64,000 bases of DNA. Source: an uncultured bacterium. Lineage in GTDB: Bacteria > Verrucomicrobiota > Verrucomicrobiia > Limisphaerales > UBA8199. The stretch lies in NCBI GenBank assembly GCA_963749495.1, contig CAVVMW010000015.1:352001-416000 (forward strand), read 5' to 3'. The notes beneath the pieces were generated by a model, which was not told the DNA's origin, did no database searches, and was given only the letters and a program-made list of their open reading frames with translations. Made by a program: the position numbers and the translations under genes. This document shows, piece after piece, positions 50,701 through 62,400 of the stretch (positions are counted from its first letter, which is position 1; each line of letters starts with the position of its first letter).

Positions 50701-51869
50701 TATTGACCGCGGGTCAGGGCATGCCAGAAGCCCTCGCGGGTGCGGGGGTAACCCCATTGCATCGGCGGGTTGGTCATGCCCGCCAGCGGCTCGTAGAGGT
50801 AAAAGGAGACGCCCACGAACCAAAGCACCGCCATGATGAGGACCGGCAGCCATTCGCTGCCCAGGGCCTTGGTCCGGTAGGTCAGCCAGATGCAGGCCAG
50901 GAGCGAGCCGATGCCCACCCCGTTGAAGAGGAAGAGCAACCCCGGTTTGGCGCCGATATTCTGGAAGGGGTGGATCTCGCCTTTGAGTTCGAACACCAGC
51001 CAGTAGAGCAGGTAGAGGATGAAGTTGCCCAGGAACACGTCGCGCCCGAGCTTGGGATTGCCCGCGGCCAGGGTGAGTTCGAAACCCAGGGCGGCCACAA
51101 TCAGGCTCTGGTGCATCGTATAGCAGATGCCGAAGATAAAGGCCGCCCAGTAGGCATAGCGCAACTGGTGCGGGGCATAGATCCAGCGCATCAGAAAGAG
51201 CAGCATCAGCAGAAAGATCGGCACGCTGGCGACCGCGATGCGATTGACCGCCACCGATTCCCGCCACATGAAACCGTCGAAACCGACCAGCAGGCCCGCC
51301 ACGCAGCCCGAGACCATGCAGATCGCGCTCTCCCACTTGCCGGTCATGTTCCGCAACTCCTCGATGCCTTCCATGAGCATGCTGCTGCCGCGCGAGACCA
51401 GCAGCGCCATCAGGGCTGCCGCGACCGACCCCGCGAAGGCCTCCGCCAGCCCCACACGCCAGGCCATGTTCCCAAACGGCACCAACTGGGTCCATAGCCA
51501 GCTATAAATCGTCCACACCGGGTAGCCCGGCGGATGCGGAATGCCGGCGTAAAAGGACCCCGTCACCAACTCGCCCGAGTCCTCCAGCGTCAACTCCGGC
51601 GCCAGGCCCAGGCAATAGACCACCGCCACGACGGCGAACGTCAGGCTCGCCGCCAGCCAGTCCACCTTCCGGAACAACGGCCCCGTCTTCACGGGGGCCG
51701 CCGCAGCGGGGCGCGTCCGGGGTGCCCCGGCCACCGGCGCGACTGCCGTGCTCGTTGGCCCTCCGGGCACCGGCCCCGGCCCCTTCGACATCCCTGGCGC
51801 AGGCACCGTTGAGGGCTGCCCCTTGGGCGCCCCGGCGCCTGCGCGCTCCCTGTTCTTCACATTTGCCAT
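47746..51869 (-). CDS. DUF2723 GT-C glycosyltransferase-like membrane protein with TPR tail (one frameshift near 48960)
   Basis: 'LEDSGEL...GIPHPPGYP', many TM helices, 'FGGTDPGRF', 'ITQNALADGTY'; continues 'QVSGQVAVMSINGLL...EESFPLDWMYP' and TPRs. Confidence 0.85.
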
Positions 51870-52003
51870 ATCACTGTCTCTGGAAGATCGCAGCTTTCCT
51901 AAGCATAGACACCATACTCAATGAGATTTGTGTGTGTATAGAGAAAATAATGGAAACCCGGCTCAGGGTCTGGCAGTTTGAGGCGAATCACAAAAGGCCT
52001 CTC

Positions 52004-52834
52004 ATGTACAAAATAATTGGAGCGGACGGTCAGCCATACGGGCCGGTGAGCGCGGACCAACTGCGGCGCTGGATCGCCGAATACCGTGTGAACGCCCAGA
52101 CGCTCGCCCAGGCCGAAGGCTCCCAGGAATGGAAGCCGCTGGGCAGCTTTGCGGAATTCGCCGAACTCTCGAAGGCGGCGCCACCGCCGGCCCCGGGCGC
52201 CACGCCCGGGCCCTCCAGGCCGGGCGCGGAGGAGTTGGCGGAGGAGATCCTGGCCGCCGATTATACCCTGGACATCGGGAGTTGCCTGGCGCGAAGCTGG
52301 GGTTTGCTGACCCGCCATTTCTGGCTGATCGTGGGGGCCTCTTTCGTGCTTTGGCTCATCGCGGGCGCCGTCGGCGGGTTGCTGGCCGGCGTCTGCATGG
52401 GCGGCCTTTATTTTCTGCTGTTGAAGCTCATACGCGGCGAACGCGCTGAATTTGGCGATGCCTTTGGGGGTTTCAGCCTGGCCTTCCTGCACCTCTTCCT
52501 GGCGTGGTTGGTCTCCGTCATCCTGGTCACGATCGGGCTCGCGTTCTGCATCCTGCCCGGCATCTACCTCGTTGTGGCCTGGGTCTTTGCCGTGCCGCTG
52601 GTCATTGACAAGCGATTCGAGTTCTGGGAAGCGATGGAACTGAGCCGCAAGGTCGTCACGCGCCACTGGTGGCTGGTTCTTGGGCTGTTGCTGGTGAACT
52701 TGCTGGTGCTCCTGCTGGGCGTGGCGGCCTGCGTCGTCGGTGCCTTCATCGCCCACCCAATCGCCTATGGCGCCATCGCTTATGCTTACGAGGACATCTT
52801 CGGCCGCCTGCCGCCCAGCGGCGCCCAGGCGTGA
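52004..52834 (+). CDS. GYF_2 (DUF4339) domain membrane protein
   Basis: 'MYKIIGADGQPYGPV...WKPL' followed by TM helices 'ILPGIYL...FWEAMELS'. Confidence 0.85.
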   Translation: MYKIIGADGQPYGPVSADQLRRWIAEYRVNAQTLAQAEGSQEWKPLGSFAEFAELSKAAPPPAPGATPGPSRPGAEELAEEILAADYTLDIGSCLARSWGLLTRHFWLIVGASFVLWLIAGAVGGLLAGVCMGGLYFLLLKLIRGERAEFGDAFGGFSLAFLHLFLAWLVSVILVTIGLAFCILPGIYLVVAWVFAVPLVIDKRFEFWEAMELSRKVVTRHWWLVLGLLLVNLLVLLLGVAACVVGAFIAHPIAYGAIAYAYEDIFGRLPPSGAQA

Positions 52835-53136
52835 GGGGGGGAGCGCGAGAGCGTCGGAGCGTGACAGGACCCTCCGTCATCGCCTCGCTCCGCGACGGTC
52901 GGTCTCAATCTCCGGCCCAAAGGGCCGGCAGAGCCTAGCCCAGGGCTGAGGCCGCCAGGCCGATGCCCTGGGAACATGTCTGCGTTCCCGTCCCGCGAAG
53001 CGTTTTGGACTGCGGCAGTCCTCTGCCGCTTTTTCGTACCCAGAGATTGGGACGCGAAAGCGGCAGAGGACTGCCGCACTCCAAAACCTGGCGGATTTCG
53101 GCGGTTCATGGAGAGGGCGCCAGAGCCCTCTGGCGC

Positions 53137-53218
53137 CCTTTGTCGCAGCCTTTGTCGCAACCTTTGTCGAGTTGGCCATGCCTCGACAAAGGTTGCGACG
53201 AAGTTTGCGACAAAGGTC
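53137..53218. repeat. Inverted 12-mer arrays (CCTTTGTCGCAG)n/(GCGACAAAGG)n
   Basis: Second copy at 55721-55800. Confidence 0.8.
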
Positions 53219-53256
53219 TGGGATCGGAGCTGCCCGGTTAATTTTGCCAGCCGCTC

Positions 53257-54205
53257 TCACAGCCCCGGAATCAGGTTCAGTCGTCCCTCCATAAACTCGC
53301 GCACGACACCGTTGGCCAGGCGAAGTTTCTGGCGGATGGGCAGTTCCGCGTCGCTCTGCAGGAGGATCATGCAGATGCTCAGCACGTCGCCGGTGCCCGT
53401 CGGATTGACCACGCTGGTGGCAAGCTCGGGCGGTTCGACCACCCACTGGCCGTCCTTCCAATAACCGGCGCCCTCTCGCCCCAGGTGAACGACGACGGCC
53501 CCGGCCCCCCAATCGGTCAGGCGCCCCAGGGCCGCCCCGAGGTCCGCGCAGTCAGCGAACGCGCACAACTCCCGCCTGTTCCCGTGCGCCAGGTCCACGC
53601 ACGGGAGCACCTCGCGCAGTTGCCGCTTGCGCCGGGCAATCGCCTCCCTGGAACCGCCGGACCATTCCGGGTCAAAGTTGATGTCCAGCGATGTGCTCAG
53701 GCCGCGCCAGGCGCGCCTCGGCCAGCAGACGCCGGTTGCCCCCATCGAGCATCGCCTCTGAGAACCAGACATCCGAGCGCAACAGGTGCCCGCAGCCCTC
53801 CAGCGCCCCAAGGTCCAGGTCCTCGAATGCCAGGGTGCGGTTATTGGGCAGGCAACTCAGGAAATGCCGCGCGCCGGAGGCGTAGCCCAGGGCGACCGTG
53901 GTGCCGGTGGCGCAACGGGGATCGCGCGCCAGGTGCGGCCTCACGCCGTGCCGTTCCAGCGCCTGCCGCAGCCGCTCGCCCAGGGCGTCGGACCCGGTCT
54001 TGCCGACAAACCGCACCTCGGCCCCGAGCGCCGCCGCCGCGCACGCGCTGTTGGCCCCGCCCCCGCCCACCGTCTCCACTATCCCCGAGACCGTCGTCTC
54101 GCCATCCCCCAGCAGGCCCGGCGATGCCGGCACTTGCTGCACCTTCACGTCCCGGTTGATGTTCCCCACCACGCACAACCGCGCGCGGGGAAAGGCCGTC
54201 TTCAT
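53257..54205 (-). CDS. PfkB-family carbohydrate kinase (frameshift near 53700)
   Basis: 'GGGGANSACAAAALG...VGKTGSD', 'SLDINFDP', 'VNPTGTGD'. Confidence 0.8.
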
Positions 54206-54310
54206 AACTCAAGCTGTTTGTCGAGGATACCCACAGAAGGAAGCGAAGGAAACGAAGAATCGCGGTCCGAGTCCGGTAAAAGTTCCTCCGGCTTGCACCC
54301 GGGTGGCCGC

Positions 54311-54339
54311 TTGACCCTATATCGATTCTGATATAGGCT
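54311..54339 (+). promoter_or_regulatory. Sigma70 promoter with palindromic operator
   Basis: TTGACC-N17-TAGGCT overlapping CCTATATC-N6-GATATAGG. Confidence 0.65.
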
Positions 54340-54348
54340 GTATTCCCG

Positions 54349-54690
54349 ATGAATGGCAGGAGCCTCATGGTTCTCCGGGGCGAGATCAAAACGCGAAAGA
54401 AGCGACGACTCGATGCGGCTGGTTGGAAGGAAACGACCGTGCAGGAGTTTCTGAAGCTCTCCGAAGCCGATATGCAATACATTGAGGCGAAACTCGCCCT
54501 GAGCCGTCGGCTGCGGCAACTTCGCGAGCAACGCCATTTGACGCAGACCAAGGCGGCTGCCCTGCTCAAGACCAGCCAAAGCCGTCTGGCGCGCATGGAG
54601 GCGGGTGCCCCGTCCGTTTCCCTGGATTTGCTGGTGCGCGGTCTGTTCGCCTTGGGCGCCTCCTGGAGGGATCTGGCTGAGGCGGTTTAG
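54349..54690 (+). CDS. XRE-family HTH antitoxin (HigA-like), fused to a short toxin-like N-terminus
   Basis: 'RRLDAAGWK...EFLKLS...LTQTKAAALLKTSQSRLARMEAG..SVSLDLL'. Confidence 0.85.
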   Translation: MNGRSLMVLRGEIKTRKKRRLDAAGWKETTVQEFLKLSEADMQYIEAKLALSRRLRQLREQRHLTQTKAAALLKTSQSRLARMEAGAPSVSLDLLVRGLFALGASWRDLAEAV

Positions 54691-54714
54691 CCTCTCTTTT
54701 GCCAGGCTCCATCC

Positions 54715-55686
54715 ATGTCACAGGATTCTACAGGGTCACAGGATTCTACGGGGCCGGACTCCGCTTCCGGAGCGATAGGCCGGATTGATGTCTTGGGCCT
54801 TGGTTGCGTGGCGGTCGATGATCTGCTCTATGTCCCATCGTTCCCTGCGGCCGATGAAAAGGTGCAGGTCCGGCACAATGTGCGCCGCTGCGGCGGCCTC
54901 ACGGGGGCGGCGCTGATCGCCGCCGCCCGCCTGGGTGCCCGTTGCGCTTACGCGGGCTGCCTGGGGACCGACGAGGCTTCCCGATACGTCGCGGAACACT
55001 TCGCCCGGGAAGGCATCTGCACCGTCCATGCGCCGCGTCTGCCGGAGGCTGCCGTGGTGCGCTCGGTCATCGTGGTCGGGAGCGACACCGGGAGCAGGAA
55101 CATCTTTTACCAAATCGGGGGCCTGCTCGGGGCGCATGATTCGCTGCCTGCGGAGGAGGTGATCCGCAGCGCCAGGGTCCTGTTCATTGACCAATACCGG
55201 ATGCGCGGCAATCTCAGGGCGGCGCGGATCGCCCGGCGCCAGGGCGTGGCCGTGGTGGCCGATTTCGAGGATGCGGCCGACGCCGGTTTTGACGAGGTTT
55301 CGGGCCTGGTGGATCACCTGGTCCTTTCCGAGGCCTTCGCGCTCCGACTCACGGGCGAAGCCGACGCCGCCCGCGCCGCGCTGGCCCTCTGGCGGCCGGA
55401 CCGGGCCGCCGTCGTTGTCACCTGCGGCGCCAAGGGTTGCTGGAGCGTCTCGGCCCCGGACAGCGTCCCTCCGATCTGCCACCATCACCCCGCATTCGCC
55501 GTCAAAGCGGCGGACACGACCGGCTGCGGCGATGTCTTCCACGGGGCCTATGCGGCGGGCCTGGCCCGGGGGAGCCCTTGGCTCAATGCATCCGCCTGGC
55601 CGCCGCCGCCGCCGCCCTGAAAGCCGCCCAAAGTGAAATCCCCCGCTTGGCCGAGGTGGAGCGATTCCTGGCGGGCAGGCCCAATA
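54715..55686 (+). CDS. PfkB-family carbohydrate kinase (frameshift near 55570)
   Basis: 'GLGCVAVD', 'CGGLTG', 'DTTGCGDVFHGAYAAGL'; C-terminus 'AAAAAALKA...IPRLAEVERFL' lies in another frame. Confidence 0.85.
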
Positions 55687-56248
55687 GGGGTTGACATTTC
55701 CACGAGGGCCGCGAGTCCGGACCTTTGTCGCGGCCTTTGTCGCAGCCTTTGTCGAGGCATGGCGCATTCGACAAAGGCTGCGACAAAGGCCGCGGCAAAG
55801 GGCCGGGCCTTGGGTTGCTGGCTCAGCCAGGGGGTGTCTGGCCTCACTGAAGATTTGTTCAGGCATCTTCAACAAAACGGGCGGCCTCCCACCAGAAGGC
55901 CGCCCGACCTAAACTGACCATCTTTACGACAGGCGGATTTCATCACAAAGGGCGGAGGTTGAACATGGGGTAATCACCCCAAGGCCCCAGGAGGCCGCAA
56001 ATCGGTTCTGGGACGGGTGTTGAAGTCTGGCCGCCGTGTCGAGTGTCGAGTGAGCGCCGGTCTGCCGCCACTCGCCACTCGTCCCTCGCCACGGGTGCGA
56101 TTAAAAGTGTCGGGCAGCTCAGGGCGCTCCTTTAATCGCAGCCCCTCGCCACGCGTGGCTTGACAACGCGGACGCGCGGGGAGTAGGTTGGTTCAGTCGG
56201 CGGCAGCAGGTCCCTGGTGGTCCAACGGAAGGATGATGAGGCACGACT

Positions 56249-56917
56249 ATGAAACCGCACTTGGCTTTCAAGCTACTCGCCATCGCCACAACGGCCATGG
56301 CACCGGCATTGACACTGGCCGCTCCACCGTCGGACGAGCGCGCGGCGCAAGCCACTAACACCACACCCCAATTCCAGGCCCAGGCCTCCGATGCGCTCAA
56401 GCCGGCCCCGCCCACAGGCCGGAACGCGGCGCCAGTCCGCACGGCCGCGCCGGCCCCGGCCGGCATCGGCGACATTTTGAAGATGCTCGATGCCGGCGTA
56501 TCGAAGGAGGTCATTAGGATCTATGTCGAGAACTCGACGGTTGCGTACAATCTCAGCGCTGCGGACATCATCGCCCTCAAGGAGCACGGCGCAACGGATG
56601 ACATCACGACGGCCTTGCTGAAGCACGGGGCGGAATTGAGAGCGCGCGCTCCGGCGAGGGCTGAAGTGGTTGCCGCGGGACCTGGGGAGGCCTACCGCGG
56701 CCCGTTCCAACTCGATCCTGAGGGTTACGAATACTTCCATTACTACTACCTCTACCCGCGCACACTGGCATCGGCTTACCAGCAGTTGGCGCCTTATGCC
56801 ACCTGGCCTTATGGCTATGGCGGCTACCCGGCGTACGGCCCGGCCTACGGCCCGGGCTTCTCGCTCCGGGATGGGCGCCTGCGCCGGTTCAACCTGCGAG
56901 CGCCGCTGGCGCGTTGA
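56249..56917 (+). CDS. Secreted hypothetical protein with Tyr/Gly/Pro-rich tail
   Basis: Signal peptide; 'DILKMLDAGVSKEVI...LSAADIIALKEHG'. Confidence 0.7.
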   Translation: MKPHLAFKLLAIATTAMAPALTLAAPPSDERAAQATNTTPQFQAQASDALKPAPPTGRNAAPVRTAAPAPAGIGDILKMLDAGVSKEVIRIYVENSTVAYNLSAADIIALKEHGATDDITTALLKHGAELRARAPARAEVVAAGPGEAYRGPFQLDPEGYEYFHYYYLYPRTLASAYQQLAPYATWPYGYGGYPAYGPAYGPGFSLRDGRLRRFNLRAPLAR

Positions 56918-56933
56918 GGCAAGTGGTGGTGAT

Positions 56934-58097
<1,164 letters not shown>

Positions 58098-58130
58098 GAC
58101 GGGTAAGGCACCTTGAAATCGGCAGTGGTC

Positions 58131-59336
58131 TCACCTGCCGGTCCTCAGATCCACGCACACCAGGCCGCCTTGCGCGCTGCGGGCATAGAGCAGGCCGTTG
58201 GCCAGGGCGGGCGGGGTCCAGCAGAGGCCCTGGAGCACTTGCGCGCGCGCCTGGGGTGCGAACCGGGCGGGCGAGGCCAGGGCCAGCACCAACTCGCCCT
58301 TCTCGGAGAGGATGAGCAACTGGCCGTCGGCGGCGATGACCGAGCCGAACGCCGGGTCTTTGGAAGTCCATTTGACATTGCCGCTGGGGAGGTGAAGGCA
58401 GCGGAAATCGGTGGTGAACTTGGCCTCGCCGTTGAAGGCGTAGAGGTAGTCCCCCAGGACCACGCCGGGGCTGAGGTGATTGTAGAGGGCCTTGGAATCG
58501 TAGAGGACCGTGAGCCGGTCGTTGGCGACGGAGAGCCAGGCGCAGCCGCGGCTGAAGCTGGAGATGAAGATGCGGTCCTCCTGAGCGATGGGATCGGTGA
58601 TGTTGGTGTCCCACTGGGTCTCCCAGGGATGCCGCCAGAGCTGGCGGCCGGTCGCCGGGTCGAGCGCCGCCAGGGCCTTGGCGCCAAAGATCAGGACCGA
58701 TTCCTTGCCGCCGGAATGGAACAGCGCAGGGCTGGCATAGCCCGTCGTATTGGTCCCGGTGGACCAGGCAATACGACCGGTGGCCCGGTCGAGGGCAATG
58801 CCGGCCTTGCCGGCATTGAGAATGACCAAGCCGCGCCAGACTAGTGGCGAGCCTGCAAACCCCCAGCGGTTGGGGACCAATCCATCGGCCCTCAGATCAC
58901 GCTCCCAGAGGACCGTGCCCTGGGCCGCGTCGAGGCAAAGTACGTTGCCCCACTTGCTGATCGTGAAGACCTGGCCGCCCTGGACTGTCGGGGTCGAGCT
59001 CGGACCGCCCGGGTAATATTGCGGGTCGAGCCGGGCGGGGTAGGTGTGTTCCCAGAGCACGTTGCCCGTGAGCGCGTCCAAACACCAGATCGTGTCCTGC
59101 TCGTTAGTGTTGCCCATCGTATAGGCGCGGCCCCCGCTGATCGCGACCGAGCAGAGACCGGTTCCGACGGCCGAGCGCCATAGGACTCCCGGGCCGCCCG
59201 CCGGCCAGGCGGTCTTGATCTGCTCCGGGGATTGGCCGTTGCGGTCGGGCCCGCGCCACTGCGGCCAATCCGCGCCCGGCGCCCCCGCCGCCGCCAGCAG
59301 CAGCGCCAACCCGGGCAGAATCCGCCTGACATTCAT
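58131..59336 (-). CDS. PQQ-like beta-propeller (BamB family) protein
   Basis: 'DWPQWRGPDRNG', repeated 'CLDA.TG.VLW', 'YASP', 'CWTPPALANG'. Confidence 0.9.
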   Translation of the reverse strand: MNVRRILPGLALLLAAAGAPGADWPQWRGPDRNGQSPEQIKTAWPAGGPGVLWRSAVGTGLCSVAISGGRAYTMGNTNEQDTIWCLDALTGNVLWEHTYPARLDPQYYPGGPSSTPTVQGGQVFTISKWGNVLCLDAAQGTVLWERDLRADGLVPNRWGFAGSPLVWRGLVILNAGKAGIALDRATGRIAWSTGTNTTGYASPALFHSGGKESVLIFGAKALAALDPATGRQLWRHPWETQWDTNITDPIAQEDRIFISSFSRGCAWLSVANDRLTVLYDSKALYNHLSPGVVLGDYLYAFNGEAKFTTDFRCLHLPSGNVKWTSKDPAFGSVIAADGQLLILSEKGELVLALASPARFAPQARAQVLQGLCWTPPALANGLLYARSAQGGLVCVDLRTGR

Positions 59337-59427
59337 GCGCCAATCCTGGGCCAGCGCCCCGCCAGAGGAAAGCCTGAACCAGAAGAACTTTGACCGACCC
59401 CGGAGTCGGGCGCTATATATTCTGTCC

Positions 59428-62400
59428 GTGAGCGATGTCTTCGAGTTGCGGGACCCAGACAATGCGCAGGCCTTCCTGACGCGTTTTAGCGGCGAGGTCC
59501 GGCGCAGAGGCGAGGCCTGTTTTCGCGGCGGCCGGGTCCAGGAGGTCGCCTCGGATGAGCCGGGCGTGGCGTATCGGACGGTGGTCCAGGACGGCGTGCC
59601 GCGCCAGGTGAGCCTGCGGTACAATGCCGTGGATGGCTGGTGGGGCAGATGCTCCTGCGCGGGGCAGTTCGAATGCGAGCACATCTATGCCGGGATGTGC
59701 GCCCTGTTGGCGGAGCATCGGAACCTGGTGGTCCAGGGCCTCAGCGCCAGGGTCCGTTGGGCGGCCTTTCACAGCCCCTCGAGGCCGGCCGCGCCGGTCG
59801 CCGAAGATGCCACAGACCTGATGGGCCGCCTGGAAGCGGCCCTGGGCCGGCGGCTGACCCGGCAGGAGCAGAAGTTTGTGAAGCAGGTCCAGTACACTTA
59901 CCTGGCCTGCCGCCCGAGCCGCCGAATCTCGGGCTGGGATTTCAGCGCGATGGGCTTGCCCCTGCAACAGGGGGTTGATTGGAACTTGCTTGAGATCTGG
60001 CCAGCATTTCCTGCGACGCTGCACGAGTTCTGGCTCTATGTCGCCAATGCCGCCCTCGAGCACAGCGTTAGCATCCCCGACTTCATGGAACCGGTCACCG
60101 ACCTGGGCGCAGTCAAGGCGCGTCTGGCCGCCTGGCGCCGGGGCCGCCAAATCCAGAAATGGAAACGATTCCTGGCCGACTACCTGCCCGCCTTGGCTGC
60201 AACGGCTGCCGCCTCCACGGCCGCCGATGAAGTTGACCTGCGCCTGGTCATCGGGCCGGGTGCCGCCCGGCTCCAGTGGCGCCGCTCCGGCGCCGAGTCC
60301 TTCGTAGAGCCCAGACAGACCCATCTCAACCGCGCCGCCCGGGCCTACGAACGGGGCGAGTTGCAGCTTGCCCCAGGGGCAGATTTGCTTTGGCAATTCC
60401 TGTCCGATGGACCTTTCACCTCCCCGACCACGGAACTCGATTACGAGGGGGGCTACAATGGCTCAGACCCAGGCATCCTGCGGCGCATCCTGCGCTCGGC
60501 CCTGCTCGAGAGCCGCGTCGTCAATCGTGAAGGCCGGCCCCTGGCGCGGTCTGCTGAGCCGCTGCGCTGGGAGATGCTCCCGGCCGCCAGCGACGAAGAC
60601 GACTACCGTTTGCGCCTGGTGGCCCCGGACGGCGCGCCGCTCGAGGGGATCTGCTCCATCATCGAAGGCCACCCAACCCTCTACCTGACTGCTAATGCTG
60701 TGTTCAAGGGCCCTCTCTTGGCAGGCGGCCACTTGGACACCAAGGGCGAGAGCCGGATTCCTGCCCCGGTCATCGAGAGCGCCGAGGGCGTGGCCTTCCT
60801 CCAAGCCCTGCGCATCGAACTGCCGCCCCGCGTACGCGCGCGCGTCCGCAGCCTGCCCCTCGAAATCGCCATCCATTGCCAGTTGGAGCATCCCGATCAG
60901 GCGAGACGGACTGAGGAGTGCGCTCTGCACATCCAGGCCCAGGCCCCGGACGGCCACGCGGAGTACTTCGACGGCGCGCGCTGGGTTGAGTGTACCGCGC
61001 CGGGCGCCCTCAAGCGCAACGGCCCCGCCACGGCCATCACGGTGTATGACCGGAGTGCGCTGGAGTCCCTGCCGCCCCTGCTGGAGCCGCTCAATCTCAA
61101 GTTCCAGGCCTTCAACTCCCGGCTGGCGTTGCGCGTGACCCGGAAATTCCCGGAGCAGTTCGCCGCCTGGCTCAAGAGCTTGCCCCCCGGCGCCGCCGTG
61201 CAGCTCGAGGGTGAACTCGCCTCGTTCGCCTCGACGGAGGTCGCCGGGCGCGTGCGGCTGCACGTGGAGGAGACCGAGATCGACTGGTTCAATCTGCGGG
61301 TCGTGCTCGACGTTTCCGACACCACTCTGACGGCCGAGGAAATCAAGCTGCTGCTCAACGCCCGGGGCCGATTTGTGCGGCTGGAGGGCAAAGGCTGGCG
61401 CCGGCTCCAGTTCGACTTGAGCCAGGAGGAAGATGAACGGCTGGCCTCCTTGGGCCTAAACCCGCGCGAGCTTTCCGCCGAGCCCCAGCGCCTGCACGCC
61501 CTCCAACTGGCAGATGAGGCCGCCAGAAAGTTCCTGCCCGAGCAGCAGGTCGAGCAAATCCAGCGGCGCGCCTCCGAGCTCAAGGCGCGCGTCACTCCGG
61601 CCCTGCCGCCCGGCCTCACTGCCCAGTTGCGCCCGTACCAGGTCGAGGGGTTTCACTTCCTGGCCTACCTGACGGCCAACCGTTTCGGCGGCATCCTGGC
61701 CGATGATATGGGCTTGGGCAAGACGCTCCAGGCCCTGGCCTGGCTGGTCTGGGCGCGGGACCAGGCGGACCCCGGGCTGCGCCCATCCGGGGGCGCAGCA
61801 GCCCAGGAGCGGGCCGACGCCGCTGCGCCCCAGGACGGGCCCGCTCCGGCCTCGCTGCCCAGCCTGGTGGTCTGCCCAAAGAGCGTGATGGACAATTGGC
61901 ACGCCGAGGCGGCGCGGTTCACGCCCGGCCTGCGTGTCAAGCTCTGGCCTGCCGCCGAGCTGGATTGCCTCAGTGCCCGGCTCGCCGAGGCGGACCTGCA
62001 CGTGATCAACTACTCCCAACTCCGCCTGCTGGGCGAGACCCTCGCGCCCATCCCGTGGTACGCCCTCATTCTGGACGAGGGCCAATACATCAAGAACCCC
62101 GACTCCCAAACCGCCCAGGTCGCCTGCGCCTTGCGCGCCCGCTATCGCCTGGTGCTCTCGGGCACACCCATCGAAAACCGCCTGCTGGACCTCTGGAGCC
62201 TCATGGCCTTTGCCATGCCGGGCCTCCTTGGCAATCGCGCCCAGTTCGCCAGACTCTACGACGCCAAGGACGACCCCTTTGCCCGCAGGCGCCTGGCCGC
62301 CCGCGTCCGCCCCTTCCTGCTCCGCCGCACCAAAGCCCAGGTGGCCAAGGACCTGCCCGACCGCATCGAGGAAGACCTCTACTGCGAGATCGAAGGCGAG

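Noticed and set aside
45454..51497. Long plus-strand ORFs (638, 508 and 840 aa), and similar antisense ORFs at 9999-11690, 22970-24913 and 30767-32590
   Set aside because: Antisense shadows of well-supported genes, as expected in high-GC DNA
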